Source: Vicinamibacterales bacterium (lineage in GTDB: Bacteria > Acidobacteriota > Vicinamibacteria > Vicinamibacterales > JAMQPK01). Taken from it: a DNA stretch of 64,000 nucleotides. This document shows positions 26,414 to 36,586 of this stretch, one piece after another. The notes below the pieces were generated by a model. The model saw nothing but the letters and a program-made list of their open reading frames with translations, ran no database searches and had not been told where the DNA came from. Positions within the stretch are counted from its first letter, which is position 1; the number at the start of each line of letters is the position of its first letter. Location of the stretch: assembly GCA_963825295.1 (NCBI GenBank), contig CAWGSZ010000002.1, forward strand, positions 31,762-95,761, read 5' to 3'. The translations under genes were made by a program, and so were the position numbers.

Positions 26414-29088
26414 CGGTCTGGCGTGCGAGCCTTCTCGTCGGCGCGATGCTCGCCGTGCAGCTGAGCGCGCAGCTGCGCGTGCGGCCTATCGATCTCGAAG
26501 ACGGGTCGGTCGGTCTCGGGCTGATGCTTCGCCAGCTGGGCACCACCGCCGTGTTCATGCAGGCGACGGCGCATCCTGACGATGAGAACAACGCGCTGCA
26601 CGTATATCTGAATCGGGGCCAGGGCGTCCGTACGGTTCTCGCGACCGCGACACGCGGCGACGGCGGCCAGAACGAAATCGGACCCGAGCTCTACGATCCG
26701 CTCGCGGTGCTCCGAACCGAAGAGCTCGAGGCGATGCACCGCTTCGACTCGACCGAGCAGTACTTCACCCGTGCCATCGACTTCGGCTACTCCTTCAGCA
26801 TCGAAGAGACGCTCGAGAAGTGGGGCAGGGACGAGATCATCGGCGACTACGTCAGGCTCATCCGCATGACGCGGCCCGACGTCGTGCTGGGCATGCTTCC
26901 CACCGGCACCGCGGGTGGACTTCACCATCAGACGTCGGGCTTGCTCAGCCGCGAGGCGTTCAAGGCGGCCGGCGATGCGTCGCGCTATCCCGATCAGATG
27001 CGCGACGGCCTCATGCCGTGGCAGCCGCGCAAGTACTACTACCCGTTGGGCGGTCCTGGCGGGGGCGGGCGCGGTCAGCCGACGCCGGCCGGCGGCGCGC
27101 TGCCGCTCGGCGCGCTCAACGCGGCTTCCTTTGATATTTCCGGGTTCGATCCGCTGCTGGGCCGCACCTACGTCGAGGTCGGGACGGAAGAGCGCGGCAT
27201 GCACAAGAGCCAGGCGATGGCGGGCCTTCTCGCGCTGCCGTCGGGCCGGACGCAGCAGCGATTCCTCCTGATGGATTCGCTCGTGCCGGCCGTCTCCAGC
27301 GATGAGCCGTCGTTGTTCAACGGCATCGATACGACGATTCCTGGTCTCGCGCTGCTGGCGGGGCCGTCCGCGCCGGCGCCGCTCGTCGACGGATTGCGTG
27401 CGATCGCCAATCACGTGTCGGCGGCGCAGAAGACCTTCGATACCGGCGATCCCTTTGCGACCGCCCCGTCGATTCTTGCCGGGCTGAACGCCGTGCGAAC
27501 GCTCCGACAGCAGCTTGGCACGATGGGTCTGTCGCGAGAGGGGCAGTTCAACATCGATCAGCGGCTGAAGACCAAGGAAGACCAGCTCAACCAAGCTGCC
27601 GTGCTGGCGCATGGCCTTCGCGTCGAAGCGCTCGCCGATGATGGCGTCGTCGTTCCCGGACAGACCGTGCGCGTCTCGATCAGCATCGGCGATCGCGGCC
27701 GTCCGATCGCCGTGTCGTCGATCGCCCTGAACGGATTTTCGGTTCCCGCCACGTGCCAGTCGGGTCCGATCGAGGTGGGCTCGGTCTACCGCTGCGATGC
27801 GTCGACACAGATTCCGACGAACGCGACGGTCACGAAGCCGTACTGGAAGCCGCTGGCCAGGGCGGCACGTTACGAATTCGAGCCCGGCGCGCCGTTCGGC
27901 CTTCCGTTCCGTCCGACGCCCTTCCGTGTGTCGTTTGCGCTCTCGGCGGGCGGCACCGACGTGCGCTTCGACCGCGACGTTCAGTTCAGGTACGAAGGAC
28001 GCGAGCTCGAAGGCGAGAAGCGCATGGAGCTCGCCGTCGTGCCACGCCTGGCATTGCGGGTCAGCCCGTCGATCGCGATCGTGCCGGCGGGGCGCGGGGC
28101 CACGGCCGCCATCGATCGGGAAGTCCGCGTCACGGTCGCCAACCACGGCAAGGGGGCGGCAGCCGGTCAGGTGCGCCTGGACGTCCCGCCGGGCTGGACG
28201 ACGACGCCGGTGCAGACGGTCAACTTCACGCGCGAAGACGAGTCGCAGACCGTGCGATTCACGATCCGGCCGGGGGCAAAAACGGCGATCGGGCAGTACA
28301 TCGTCACATCGCAGGCCACCGCCGACGGGCAGAGCTTTGGCAGCGGCTTTCAGATCGTCGAGTATCCGCACGTGCGCCGCCGGCAACTGGAGATTCCCGC
28401 CGCGGTGGCGGTCAAGGTGATGGACGTGCGGCTCGCACAGAATCTCACCATCGGTTACGTCATGGGGACGGGCGATGACATTCCCGCAGCGCTTCGCGGC
28501 CTTGGCGCGACGGTTCAGCTGCTCGACGCCGACGAGCTGTCCTGGGGCGACCTCGCCCGCTACCACGCGATTTTCATCGGCGTGCGCGCGTACGACAGCC
28601 GGGACGATCTGCGCGCCAACAACAAGCGCATTCTCGACTACGCGGCGTCGGGCGGCACGGTGATCGTCCAGTACAACCGGGCCAGCACGTGGACGCAGTA
28701 CGCGCCCTTTCCACTCGGCTTCAGCAATACGCGGGTCACCGACGAGAACGGTCAGGTTCAGATTCTTTCGTCAGATGATCCCGTCTTTCATTTTCCCAAT
28801 GAGATCGGCGACGCGGTCTGGCGCAACTGGGCGCAGGAGCGCGGCACGTACTTCGTGGTGCCCGACGATCGGCGCTACACCGATCTGATCCAGATTCAGG
28901 AGCCGTTCGAGCACAACGCGGGCTGGAAGAAAGGCGCGCTCGTGACCGCCAACGTGGGCAAGGGGCGCTGGATCTTCGTCGGTCTCGGCCTCTGGAGGCA
29001 GGTGACCGCCGGCACCGATGGCGCGTATCAGCTTCTCGCCAATCTCGCCAGCCGCGGAAAACCGCCGGGCATCCGATCACAAAATTGA
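26410..29088 (+). CDS. Large secreted PIG-L/LmbE-domain protein with a class-I-amidotransferase-like (ThuA-like) C-terminal domain
   Basis: This is the tail of ORF 25849..29088. Its ATG 26410 overlaps the bshA stop (ATGA). It has the signal peptide [21 protein letters not shown] and the motif ATAHPDDENN. Confidence 0.75.
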   Translation: MTVWRASLLVGAMLAVQLSAQLRVRPIDLEDGSVGLGLMLRQLGTTAVFMQATAHPDDENNALHVYLNRGQGVRTVLATATRGDGGQNEIGPELYDPLAVLRTEELEAMHRFDSTEQYFTRAIDFGYSFSIEETLEKWGRDEIIGDYVRLIRMTRPDVVLGMLPTGTAGGLHHQTSGLLSREAFKAAGDASRYPDQMRDGLMPWQPRKYYYPLGGPGGGGRGQPTPAGGALPLGALNAASFDISGFDPLLGRTYVEVGTEERGMHKSQAMAGLLALPSGRTQQRFLLMDSLVPAVSSDEPSLFNGIDTTIPGLALLAGPSAPAPLVDGLRAIANHVSAAQKTFDTGDPFATAPSILAGLNAVRTLRQQLGTMGLSREGQFNIDQRLKTKEDQLNQAAVLAHGLRVEALADDGVVVPGQTVRVSISIGDRGRPIAVSSIALNGFSVPATCQSGPIEVGSVYRCDASTQIPTNATVTKPYWKPLARAARYEFEPGAPFGLPFRPTPFRVSFALSAGGTDVRFDRDVQFRYEGRELEGEKRMELAVVPRLALRVSPSIAIVPAGRGATAAIDREVRVTVANHGKGAAAGQVRLDVPPGWTTTPVQTVNFTREDESQTVRFTIRPGAKTAIGQYIVTSQATADGQSFGSGFQIVEYPHVRRRQLEIPAAVAVKVMDVRLAQNLTIGYVMGTGDDIPAALRGLGATVQLLDADELSWGDLARYHAIFIGVRAYDSRDDLRANNKRILDYAASGGTVIVQYNRASTWTQYAPFPLGFSNTRVTDENGQVQILSSDDPVFHFPNEIGDAVWRNWAQERGTYFVVPDDRRYTDLIQIQEPFEHNAGWKKGALVTANVGKGRWIFVGLGLWRQVTAGTDGAYQLLANLASRGKPPGIRSQN

Positions 29089-29169
29089 AATGCGTGATTG
29101 TCCGCGTGAGTGCGGCCGGCATATGAAATAATCCAGTTCCTCCCCAGCCCGGCACTCGGTACTCTTCGG

Positions 29170-30636
29170 ATGAATTCCGATCCGCGGATCCAGCATCTGC
29201 TGCGTCGCGCAGGTTTCGGCGCATCGGTCGCCGAGGCGGCGGCGTTTGCCCAGATCGGTTTCCTTCCCGCGCTTGAAGCCCTCGTCGATTACCACCGCAC
29301 TCCGGACGAGGTCGATCAGTTCATCGGCCAGGGCGGCTACGCCGGCGTCACCCCCTCGTCTGGAGGGATGGAGCCGTTTTCTCCTGCGACGATCGTCAAT
29401 GATGCGCGGCAGCGGTGGCTTTTCCGCATGCTGCATACCCGCCGGCCGTTGCAGGAAAAGATGGTCCTCTTCTGGCACCAGCATTTCGCGACGGCTTACA
29501 GCAAGATTGCGAACGCCGTCGGCGGGGTGCTGGCCACGCAGATGATGGCGGCAAGACGATCCGAACATCCTGCGGGGCTGCCGGGTCAGATCGAGCTCTT
29601 TCGCGAACTGGCCCTGCCGAATTTCCGCGATCTGCTGTTCGAAGTCGCCCGTGATCCCGCGATGCTGTTCTGGCTCGATGGCCGCCTCAATACGCGAGTG
29701 CGCCCGCAGGAAAACTTCGCTCGCGAGGTGATGGAGCTGTTCACGATCGGCGTCGGACAGTTCACCGAGAGCGACGTCTACGCGGGCGCGCGGGTCTTCA
29801 CGGGCTGGAACCTTCAGCGGGTTGGCGAGCCACGCGATCCGGGCACCTTCTATCAGTTCGTCTACAACGGCGCGCAGCATGACACCGGCGCGAAGACGTT
29901 CAGTTTTCCGATCTACACGAACGGCATCAAAACGATTCCCGCCCGCGCCGAGTCTGGTGGCATGGAGGACGGGCGCGACCTGATTGCGGCGCTCGCCCGG
30001 CATCCTGAGACGGGCCGGCGCCTGGCGCGGAAGCTGTGGGGCTTCTTCATCAGCGAGATTCAGCCGCCGAGCGAGGCGTTCGTGGCCCGTATCGCGACGG
30101 TGTACACACAGAGCGACTGTCACATGGCGCCGGTCGTGCGCGCCGTGCTGTCGTCGCCCGAATTCGACTCGCCCTCGAGCTATTTCAGCAGGTTTTCGTG
30201 GCCCGTGGAGTACGTCGCGCGTGCGCTCAAGGAGCTCGGATACAGCGGCTTCACGCTCAACCGGGCATTGAACCCGCTGTCGAACATGGGGCAGCAATTG
30301 TTCGAGCCGCCCGACGTCAACGGGTGGGAACGGGGCGCGGCGTGGATCACGACCGCGGCGATGCTCGCGCGCATGAACTTCGCGGCCACGCTGACATCGA
30401 GCCAGCGCGGCGATATTGCCGCGTCCGCCGGCGGTCAGGGCCCGACGCCAGAAGCGTTGTTGTCGTTCTTTCTCGACAGGGTGACTCCGTCGCGGTTCGA
30501 GCCGAACGCCTACGACACGTTGCTCGAGTATCTCCGAAGCGGAGGCGCCTGGACCGGGGGTGCATCGCAGCTGCGTGTCAAGGCGCCCGGACTGCTGCAC
30601 CTGATCGTCGGATCCTCGGAGTATCAGTTCGTATGA
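29170..30636 (+). CDS. DUF1800 domain protein
   Basis: ORF 29110..30636, with the likely start at MNSDPRIQHLLRRAGFGA (29170), a typical DUF1800 N-terminus. Confidence 0.75.
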   Translation: MNSDPRIQHLLRRAGFGASVAEAAAFAQIGFLPALEALVDYHRTPDEVDQFIGQGGYAGVTPSSGGMEPFSPATIVNDARQRWLFRMLHTRRPLQEKMVLFWHQHFATAYSKIANAVGGVLATQMMAARRSEHPAGLPGQIELFRELALPNFRDLLFEVARDPAMLFWLDGRLNTRVRPQENFAREVMELFTIGVGQFTESDVYAGARVFTGWNLQRVGEPRDPGTFYQFVYNGAQHDTGAKTFSFPIYTNGIKTIPARAESGGMEDGRDLIAALARHPETGRRLARKLWGFFISEIQPPSEAFVARIATVYTQSDCHMAPVVRAVLSSPEFDSPSSYFSRFSWPVEYVARALKELGYSGFTLNRALNPLSNMGQQLFEPPDVNGWERGAAWITTAAMLARMNFAATLTSSQRGDIAASAGGQGPTPEALLSFFLDRVTPSRFEPNAYDTLLEYLRSGGAWTGGASQLRVKAPGLLHLIVGSSEYQFV

Positions 30637-30655
30637 GGTTGCGGAGGGTGACGCC

Positions 30656-31906
30656 ATGACGCTCAGCCGGCGCGATTTCGTGCGCGGCGGCATCGCGGCA
30701 TTCAGTCTCGGATTCGAGGCTCCGCGATTTCTCTGCGACATCGCTCTGGCGCAGGGCGCCTCGTTCAGAAGCCTTGTCGTCGTGTACCTCGCCGGCGGCA
30801 ACGACTCTCTCAGCATGCTCGTGCCGTATCGCGATCCGTTGCTGCAAAGCCGGCGGCCGACACTGGCGGTTCCGGCCGGGCAGGTGCTCCAGATCGGCCG
30901 GGACACGGCGGGCAACGAGCTCGGGCTTCACCCGCGGCTCACCGGTCTCAGAGCGATGTTCAACGAAGGCCGGCTGGCGCTCATCCAGCGTACGGGCTAT
31001 GCCAACTCGAGCCGGTCGCATTTCGAAGGGACCGACATCTGGTCGACGGCCAATCCTCTATCCCCGCAGGGCCCCGGCTGGCTCGGGCGCTATTTCGATA
31101 CCATTCCGCCGCCGCTCGATCCGCTCTTCGGCTGGAACACCGCGTCCGAAACGCCGCACGCGTTGCTGTCTCGCCTGGTCGCCGTGCCATCGATAACCAA
31201 TCCGGCGGCGTATGCCTTCGGCAGCCCGAACGGCGCTGCCGAAGCCGAGCTCGAGCGTGCGGCGGCTGTGCGCATGTCGTCGCATCTGCCGATCCACCGT
31301 CCGCATCTCGCGTTCGTAAATGCCAGCATGCAGTCTGCGCTCGCGACGCTCGATCGGGTCGCGACGGTCGGCACGTACGCGCCCGCCGTCACCTACCCGA
31401 ACAACGGGTTCGCGCTGGCCCTTCGCGCGGTAGCCGGCGCGCTCGTCTCACAGATAGGCACGCGGATTTTCTGGGTCCAGACGGGTGGGTACGACACTCA
31501 TGCGTCACAGGCCGGGACGTACCCGAATTTGATGGGGACCTTGAATGACGGGCTCACCGCGTTCTATCAGGATCTCGGCAGCCACGGTCTGCTGAACGAC
31601 ACGCTCATCCTGCAGTTCTCGGAGTTCGGCCGCCGCATCAATGAGAACGGCAGCGGCGGCACCGATCACGGCGCCGCCAGCGTGATGATGGCCATCGGCG
31701 GACAAGTGCGGGGCGGGATCTACGGCACCGCGCCATCGCTGGCCCCCGACCCGGCCAACCCTACGCTCGAGAACAACGGCACCGACATGCGGTACGAAAC
31801 CGATTTCCGCTCGGTCTACGCGCGCGTCATCGATCGCTGGCTCGGCGCAGATTCGGCTTCGATCCTTGGAGGAGACTTCCGAAATGGTTCGCCGGAGTTC
31901 CTGTAG
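30656..31906 (+). CDS. DUF1501 domain protein (sulfatase-like, Tat-exported)
   Basis: ORF 30656..31906. It has the Tat signal MTLSRRDFVRGG and the motifs GGYDTH and TDHG. Confidence 0.8.
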   Translation: MTLSRRDFVRGGIAAFSLGFEAPRFLCDIALAQGASFRSLVVVYLAGGNDSLSMLVPYRDPLLQSRRPTLAVPAGQVLQIGRDTAGNELGLHPRLTGLRAMFNEGRLALIQRTGYANSSRSHFEGTDIWSTANPLSPQGPGWLGRYFDTIPPPLDPLFGWNTASETPHALLSRLVAVPSITNPAAYAFGSPNGAAEAELERAAAVRMSSHLPIHRPHLAFVNASMQSALATLDRVATVGTYAPAVTYPNNGFALALRAVAGALVSQIGTRIFWVQTGGYDTHASQAGTYPNLMGTLNDGLTAFYQDLGSHGLLNDTLILQFSEFGRRINENGSGGTDHGAASVMMAIGGQVRGGIYGTAPSLAPDPANPTLENNGTDMRYETDFRSVYARVIDRWLGADSASILGGDFRNGSPEFL

Positions 31907-31917
31907 ACTGCGATCGC

Positions 31918-33249
31918 GTGCCGGCGACGATCAGCGTCAGCTCGATTCTTTCGGCGCTCTCCTACGCGCTCGACCTCACTGAGGGGCATCCTCGCGGTCA
32001 TTCAGCCCGGACGTGTCTCATCGGCATGGAGCTGGCGCGCATCATCGGACTCCCGGAAGCCCACCAGCAGCACCTCTTTTACGCCCTGCTCTTGAAAGAC
32101 GCGGGCTGCTCCGCGAACGCGGAGCGCATGTTTCAGGTGTTCGGCGGCGACGATCAGGCCGCCAAGCGCGGCGCCTGGGAGCGCGACTGGCGGACGCTCC
32201 GTGGCAAGGCGTCGTACGCGTTGAAATTCGCGGAGCCTGGCGGCACCCTGGGTGCCCGGATCAGGCGTTTTCTCTCGCTTGCACGCGGCGGACGCGAGAT
32301 TGGCCGGTCGATCTATCAGATCCGTTGCGACCGTGGCGCGGAGATCGCGCAGGGCCTTGGATTTTCGGCGATGACCGCCGAAGCCATCCGGTCGATGGAC
32401 GAGCACTGGGACGGCGGCGGCTACCCCGAGGGGTTGAAAGGCCGGCACATCCCGCTGCTCGCGCGCATCGTCGGACTGGCGCAGGTGGCCGAGATTTTCG
32501 CCGACCAGGAAGGGCCGCATGCCGCGCTCGCCGTCGTGCGCGCCCGTCGCGGCCGATGGTTCGATCCCGGTCTCGTGACGGCGTTTGCCTGCGTGGCCGC
32601 GGACGCGTCGGTCTGGCGCCGGGTGACCTCGAACGAGCTCGACAGGGAAGTGTCGGCGGTCGAGCCGCAGGTGCTGCCGTTTGCCGTGGACGAGCACAGG
32701 CTCGATCAGATTGCGGCGGCGTTTGCCTGGGTCGTCGACGCGAAGTCTCCCTTCACGTTCCACCATTCAGAGCGCGTGGCGGAATTCGCCACGTCGATGG
32801 GCGGGCAGATGGGCCTCTCGACGGCGGAATGCGTGCGGTTGAAGCGCGCGGCGCTCCTGCACGACATCGGCAAGCTCGCCGTGCCGAACCGCATTCTCGA
32901 CAAGCCGGGACCGTTGACCGAAGACGAGTGGGGAATCATGCGGCTTCACCCCTACTACACGTTTCAGATTCTCGAACGCGTGCCGGTCTTCGGCGAGTTC
33001 GCGTTCGATGCGAGCGCGCATCACGAACGGATGGACGGGCGCGGCTACTACCGCAATCTGCGGGGCGATCAGCTGTCGCTCAGCGCGCGGATCCTCGCCA
33101 CGGCCGACAAGTTCGACGCCCTCTCCGCCGATCGGCCCTATCGCCAGGGCCTGCCGCGCGAACGTGTCTGTGACGTGCTGACCGCGGATGCCGGCTTCGA
33201 CCTCTGTCACGATTGCGTGGCCGCGATGAAAGGTGTCGCGGGTGTGTAA
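31918..33249 (+). CDS. Tandem HD-GYP-type phosphohydrolase domain protein
   Basis: ORF 31918..33249. The C-terminal domain has HSERV...LLHDIGKLAVP...HHERMDGRGYYRNL. The N-terminal domain is degenerate: HSART...LLKDAGCS...EHWDGGGYPEGL. Confidence 0.8.
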   Translation: MPATISVSSILSALSYALDLTEGHPRGHSARTCLIGMELARIIGLPEAHQQHLFYALLLKDAGCSANAERMFQVFGGDDQAAKRGAWERDWRTLRGKASYALKFAEPGGTLGARIRRFLSLARGGREIGRSIYQIRCDRGAEIAQGLGFSAMTAEAIRSMDEHWDGGGYPEGLKGRHIPLLARIVGLAQVAEIFADQEGPHAALAVVRARRGRWFDPGLVTAFACVAADASVWRRVTSNELDREVSAVEPQVLPFAVDEHRLDQIAAAFAWVVDAKSPFTFHHSERVAEFATSMGGQMGLSTAECVRLKRAALLHDIGKLAVPNRILDKPGPLTEDEWGIMRLHPYYTFQILERVPVFGEFAFDASAHHERMDGRGYYRNLRGDQLSLSARILATADKFDALSADRPYRQGLPRERVCDVLTADAGFDLCHDCVAAMKGVAGV

Positions 33250-33264
33250 TACTTCTCAGTTCAC

Positions 33265-34530
33265 ATGCGCCAGCCAGTTGCGGTTCTGACAGCCGCTCTC
33301 CTGGGATGTTCAGGATTGCTCTCGCTCGCCTCCGCCCAGGAGCGCGCGGCGGATCTGGGCCCCACCCTCCTGCAGCAGCCGGCGGTGAAAGCGGCGGTCG
33401 AGTTTGCGCGCGCCAGCGAGATGCAGACGATCGACGATCAGATCCGGCTGTGCGAGGTCGAAGCCCCGCCGTTTCAGGAAGCGAAGCGCGCCGAGCTGTA
33501 CGCCGCGATGTTCCGCGAGGCCGGGCTGAAGAACGTCCGCATCGACGCCGAGGGCAATGTCATCGGCGAGCGCCCCGGTGCGAGCCCGCGCCCGCACCTC
33601 GTCATGAGCGCCCACCTCGACACCGTCTTTCCGAGCGGCACCGACGTCAAGGTGCGCCGTCAGGGATACGTCCTGCGCGGAGCCGGCATCGGCGACGACT
33701 GCCGCGGGCTTGCCGATCTGCTCGCGGTGGCGCGGGCGCTGAACAAGGCGTCTGTTTCGACGCCGGGCACGATCACGTTCGTCGGCACCGTCGGTGAGGA
33801 AGGCCTCGGCGATCTGCGCGGCGTGAAGCGCCTCTTCAACGACACGCTGAAGGGCCGGATCGATCGCTTCGTGTCGATCGATGGCGAGGGGCTCGGGATT
33901 ACCCACGTGGCCATCGGCAGCACGCGGTACCGCGTCACCTTCAAGGGACCCGGCGGGCACAGCTTCGGATCGTTCGGCACGGTGAATCCCGTTCACGCGC
34001 TCGGCCGGGCGATCGCGCGCATCGGCGACTTTCAGGTGCCGGGCTCGCCGCGCACGACATTCAACGTCGGGCGGATTGGCGGCGGGACGTCCGTGAACGC
34101 GATTGCGAGCGAGGCCTGGATGGAGGTGGATCTCCGGTCTGCTGAAGCCGCGTCGCTGCGTGCGCTCGAGAAGCAGTTCCGTCAGGCGGTCCAGGACGCG
34201 GTGACGCAGGAAAACGCGCGCTGGAGCAGCCAGGCGCTGACGGTCTCGATCGAGACGGTCGGATCGCGTCCCGCGGGCCGCGTGGCGTCGGGCTCGCCGA
34301 TCGTCCAGGCCGCGATCTCGGTGTCGCGTGCGCTCAATCTGCCGATCTCGTTCGCCGAAGGGTCGACCGATTCGAACCTTCCCCTCAGCCTCGGGATTCC
34401 CGCGGTCACGATCGACACGGGCGGCCGCGGTTCGGGCGCCCACACCGACCACGAAATGTTCGATGCAACCGACGCATGGAAGGGGACGCAACGCGCCGTG
34501 CTGCTGGCGGTGGTCCTCGCCCAACCCTGA
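33265..34530 (+). CDS. M20 family metallopeptidase, secreted
   Basis: ORF 33265..34530. It has a signal peptide and the motifs SAHLDTVFP, GAGIGDDCRG and GEEGLGDLRG. Confidence 0.8.
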   Translation: MRQPVAVLTAALLGCSGLLSLASAQERAADLGPTLLQQPAVKAAVEFARASEMQTIDDQIRLCEVEAPPFQEAKRAELYAAMFREAGLKNVRIDAEGNVIGERPGASPRPHLVMSAHLDTVFPSGTDVKVRRQGYVLRGAGIGDDCRGLADLLAVARALNKASVSTPGTITFVGTVGEEGLGDLRGVKRLFNDTLKGRIDRFVSIDGEGLGITHVAIGSTRYRVTFKGPGGHSFGSFGTVNPVHALGRAIARIGDFQVPGSPRTTFNVGRIGGGTSVNAIASEAWMEVDLRSAEAASLRALEKQFRQAVQDAVTQENARWSSQALTVSIETVGSRPAGRVASGSPIVQAAISVSRALNLPISFAEGSTDSNLPLSLGIPAVTIDTGGRGSGAHTDHEMFDATDAWKGTQRAVLLAVVLAQP

Positions 34531-34555
34531 TTCGTTGGTTTACACTTCTAATTCG

Positions 34556-35557
34556 ATGGCTCCAGCGAAGGCGATGCCCCCGATCAAGCGGACGAAATTC
34601 AAGCTCAGCAACGATGAGCTGCTCGAGATCTACTACTGGCTGAAGTTCATCCGGGCGTTCGACGAACGTCTCAGCCTGGGCGTGCGCCAGGGCAAGGTGC
34701 GCAGCGGCGTGTACACGGGGATCGGCCAGGAAGCGATCGTCGTCGGTTGCTGTTTCGGCTTGCGGCCCGATGACTGGATTTTTCCCCTGCACCGCGACCT
34801 GGGCACGCTGTTGATGAAGGGTGTGAGCGCGCGCCAGATGATGGCGCAGATGTTCGGCAAGGCGACCGGTCTGTCGAAAGGACGCGACTCGGCGCTGCAC
34901 AGCGGCGTCAACGAGCTCGGCATCTTCGGCAACACCAGCATGCTGGGCGCCAACCTGCCCGTCGCGGCCGGCGTCGCGCTGACGATGAAGATGGAAGGCA
35001 CGGACAGCGTGTGCGTGGCGTTTTTCGGCGAAGGCGCGAGCAACACCGGCGACTTCCACGAAGCTATGAACTTCGCCGGCGTCAACAAGCTGCCCATCGT
35101 GTTCATCTGCGAGAACAACCTGTACGCGTATTCGGTGCCGATCGAGAAGAGCATGGCGATCGAGGACGTCGCGGTCCGGGCCGAAGGCTACGGTTTCGAC
35201 GGGGTCGCCATCAACGGCAACGACGTGCTCGCCGTGTTTCAGGCGATGAAGGGCGCCAGACGCCGCGCCCGCGCCGGTGAGGGCCCGACGCTCATCGAGT
35301 GCAAGACCTACCGATGGCACGGCCACTCGGAGCACGACAAGGCGTTCTACCGCACGAAGGAAGAGCTCGCGATGTGGAAGAGCCGCGATCCGCTTCCGAC
35401 CTTCACGACCTATCTCGAGCACATGAGCGTGCTGACCGAAGAAAAGGAACAGGAAATCGATCGGCGCATCAAGGACACGCTCGACGATGCCGTGCGGTTT
35501 GCCGAGGACAGCCCGGATCCGGCGCCGGAAGAAGCCGTCACCGACCTGTACGCATAG
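34556..35557 (+). CDS. Thiamine-diphosphate-dependent 2-oxoacid dehydrogenase E1 alpha subunit
   Basis: This is the tail of ORF 34328..35557, starting at ATG 34556 (MAPAKAMPP). Motifs: FFGEGASNTGDFHEAMNFAGVNKLPIVFICENNLYA and YRWHGHSEHD. Confidence 0.85.
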   Translation: MAPAKAMPPIKRTKFKLSNDELLEIYYWLKFIRAFDERLSLGVRQGKVRSGVYTGIGQEAIVVGCCFGLRPDDWIFPLHRDLGTLLMKGVSARQMMAQMFGKATGLSKGRDSALHSGVNELGIFGNTSMLGANLPVAAGVALTMKMEGTDSVCVAFFGEGASNTGDFHEAMNFAGVNKLPIVFICENNLYAYSVPIEKSMAIEDVAVRAEGYGFDGVAINGNDVLAVFQAMKGARRRARAGEGPTLIECKTYRWHGHSEHDKAFYRTKEELAMWKSRDPLPTFTTYLEHMSVLTEEKEQEIDRRIKDTLDDAVRFAEDSPDPAPEEAVTDLYA

Positions 35558-35568
35558 TTCTCTGAATC

Positions 35569-36553
35569 ATGGCCAAGGAACTCTCCTACCTCGAAGCCAT
35601 TCGCGAGGCGCTGTTCGAAGAGATGCGCCGCGACCCGAAAGTATTCGTCCTCGGCGAGGACGTCGGGCCGTACGGCGGGGCGTTCGGCGTGACCGCCGGC
35701 ATCGCGGATGAGTTCGGCGAGTCACGCTGCCTCGACACCCCCATCTCCGAATCGGCCATCGTCGGCGTGAGCATTGGCGCGTCGCAGCGCGGCTATCGCC
35801 CGGTCGCCGAGATGCAGTTCGCGGATTTCATCACCTGCGGGTTCGATCAGATCGTGAACCAGGCCGCGACGCTGCGGTACCGCACCGGCGGCCGCGTCCA
35901 CGTGCCCCATCGTCGTGCGTGCGCCGGGGGGCGGGAATGTGGGCGGCGGGCTGTATCACTCGCAGAATCCCGAAGCGTGGTTCGTCCATCGCGCGGGTCT
36001 GAAGGTCGTCGCGCCCTCGACACCGTGGGACGCGAAGGGCCTGCTGAAGGCGGCGATCCGCGACGACAACCCCGTCATCTATTTCGAGCACAAATATCTC
36101 TACCGCCGGGCGAAGGGGCCCGTGTCCGAGAACGACGAGATCGTCCCCATCGGCGTCGCCGCCGTGCGGCGCCCCGGCAGCGATGCCACGCTCGTGACCT
36201 ATGGCGCGATGGTGCAGCCCTCGCTCGAAGCCGCCGATCGGCTGGCTAAGGAAGGTGTCGAGGTCGAGGTGATCGATCTGCGGTCGCTGATGCCGTACGA
36301 CAAGGCCGCGATTTTTGCGTCGGTCGAGAAAACCAGCCGCCTGCTCATCGTGCACGAGGACGTGAAGACGCTGGGTATCGGCGCCGAGCTGGCGGCGGTC
36401 GTCGTGGAGGAGCGGTTCGAGGCGCTCGACGCGCCCGTGATGCGGGTGACCTATCCCGATACGCACCCGCCCTTCTCGCAGGTGCTCGAGCACTACAACC
36501 TGCCGAACGCCGACAAGATCACCGACGCGCTCCGGCAGCTCGCCGGCTACTGA
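35569..36553 (+). CDS. 2-oxoacid dehydrogenase E1 beta subunit, apparent 1-nt insertion in a C run
   Basis: ORFs 35569..36249 and 35915..36553 join if one C is removed from CCCC at 35905-35908. The junction then reads [36 protein letters not shown]. Confidence 0.85.
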
Positions 36554-36586
36554 TCGCGGCGACGTCGCGCGATGTCAGGGCCTAGT

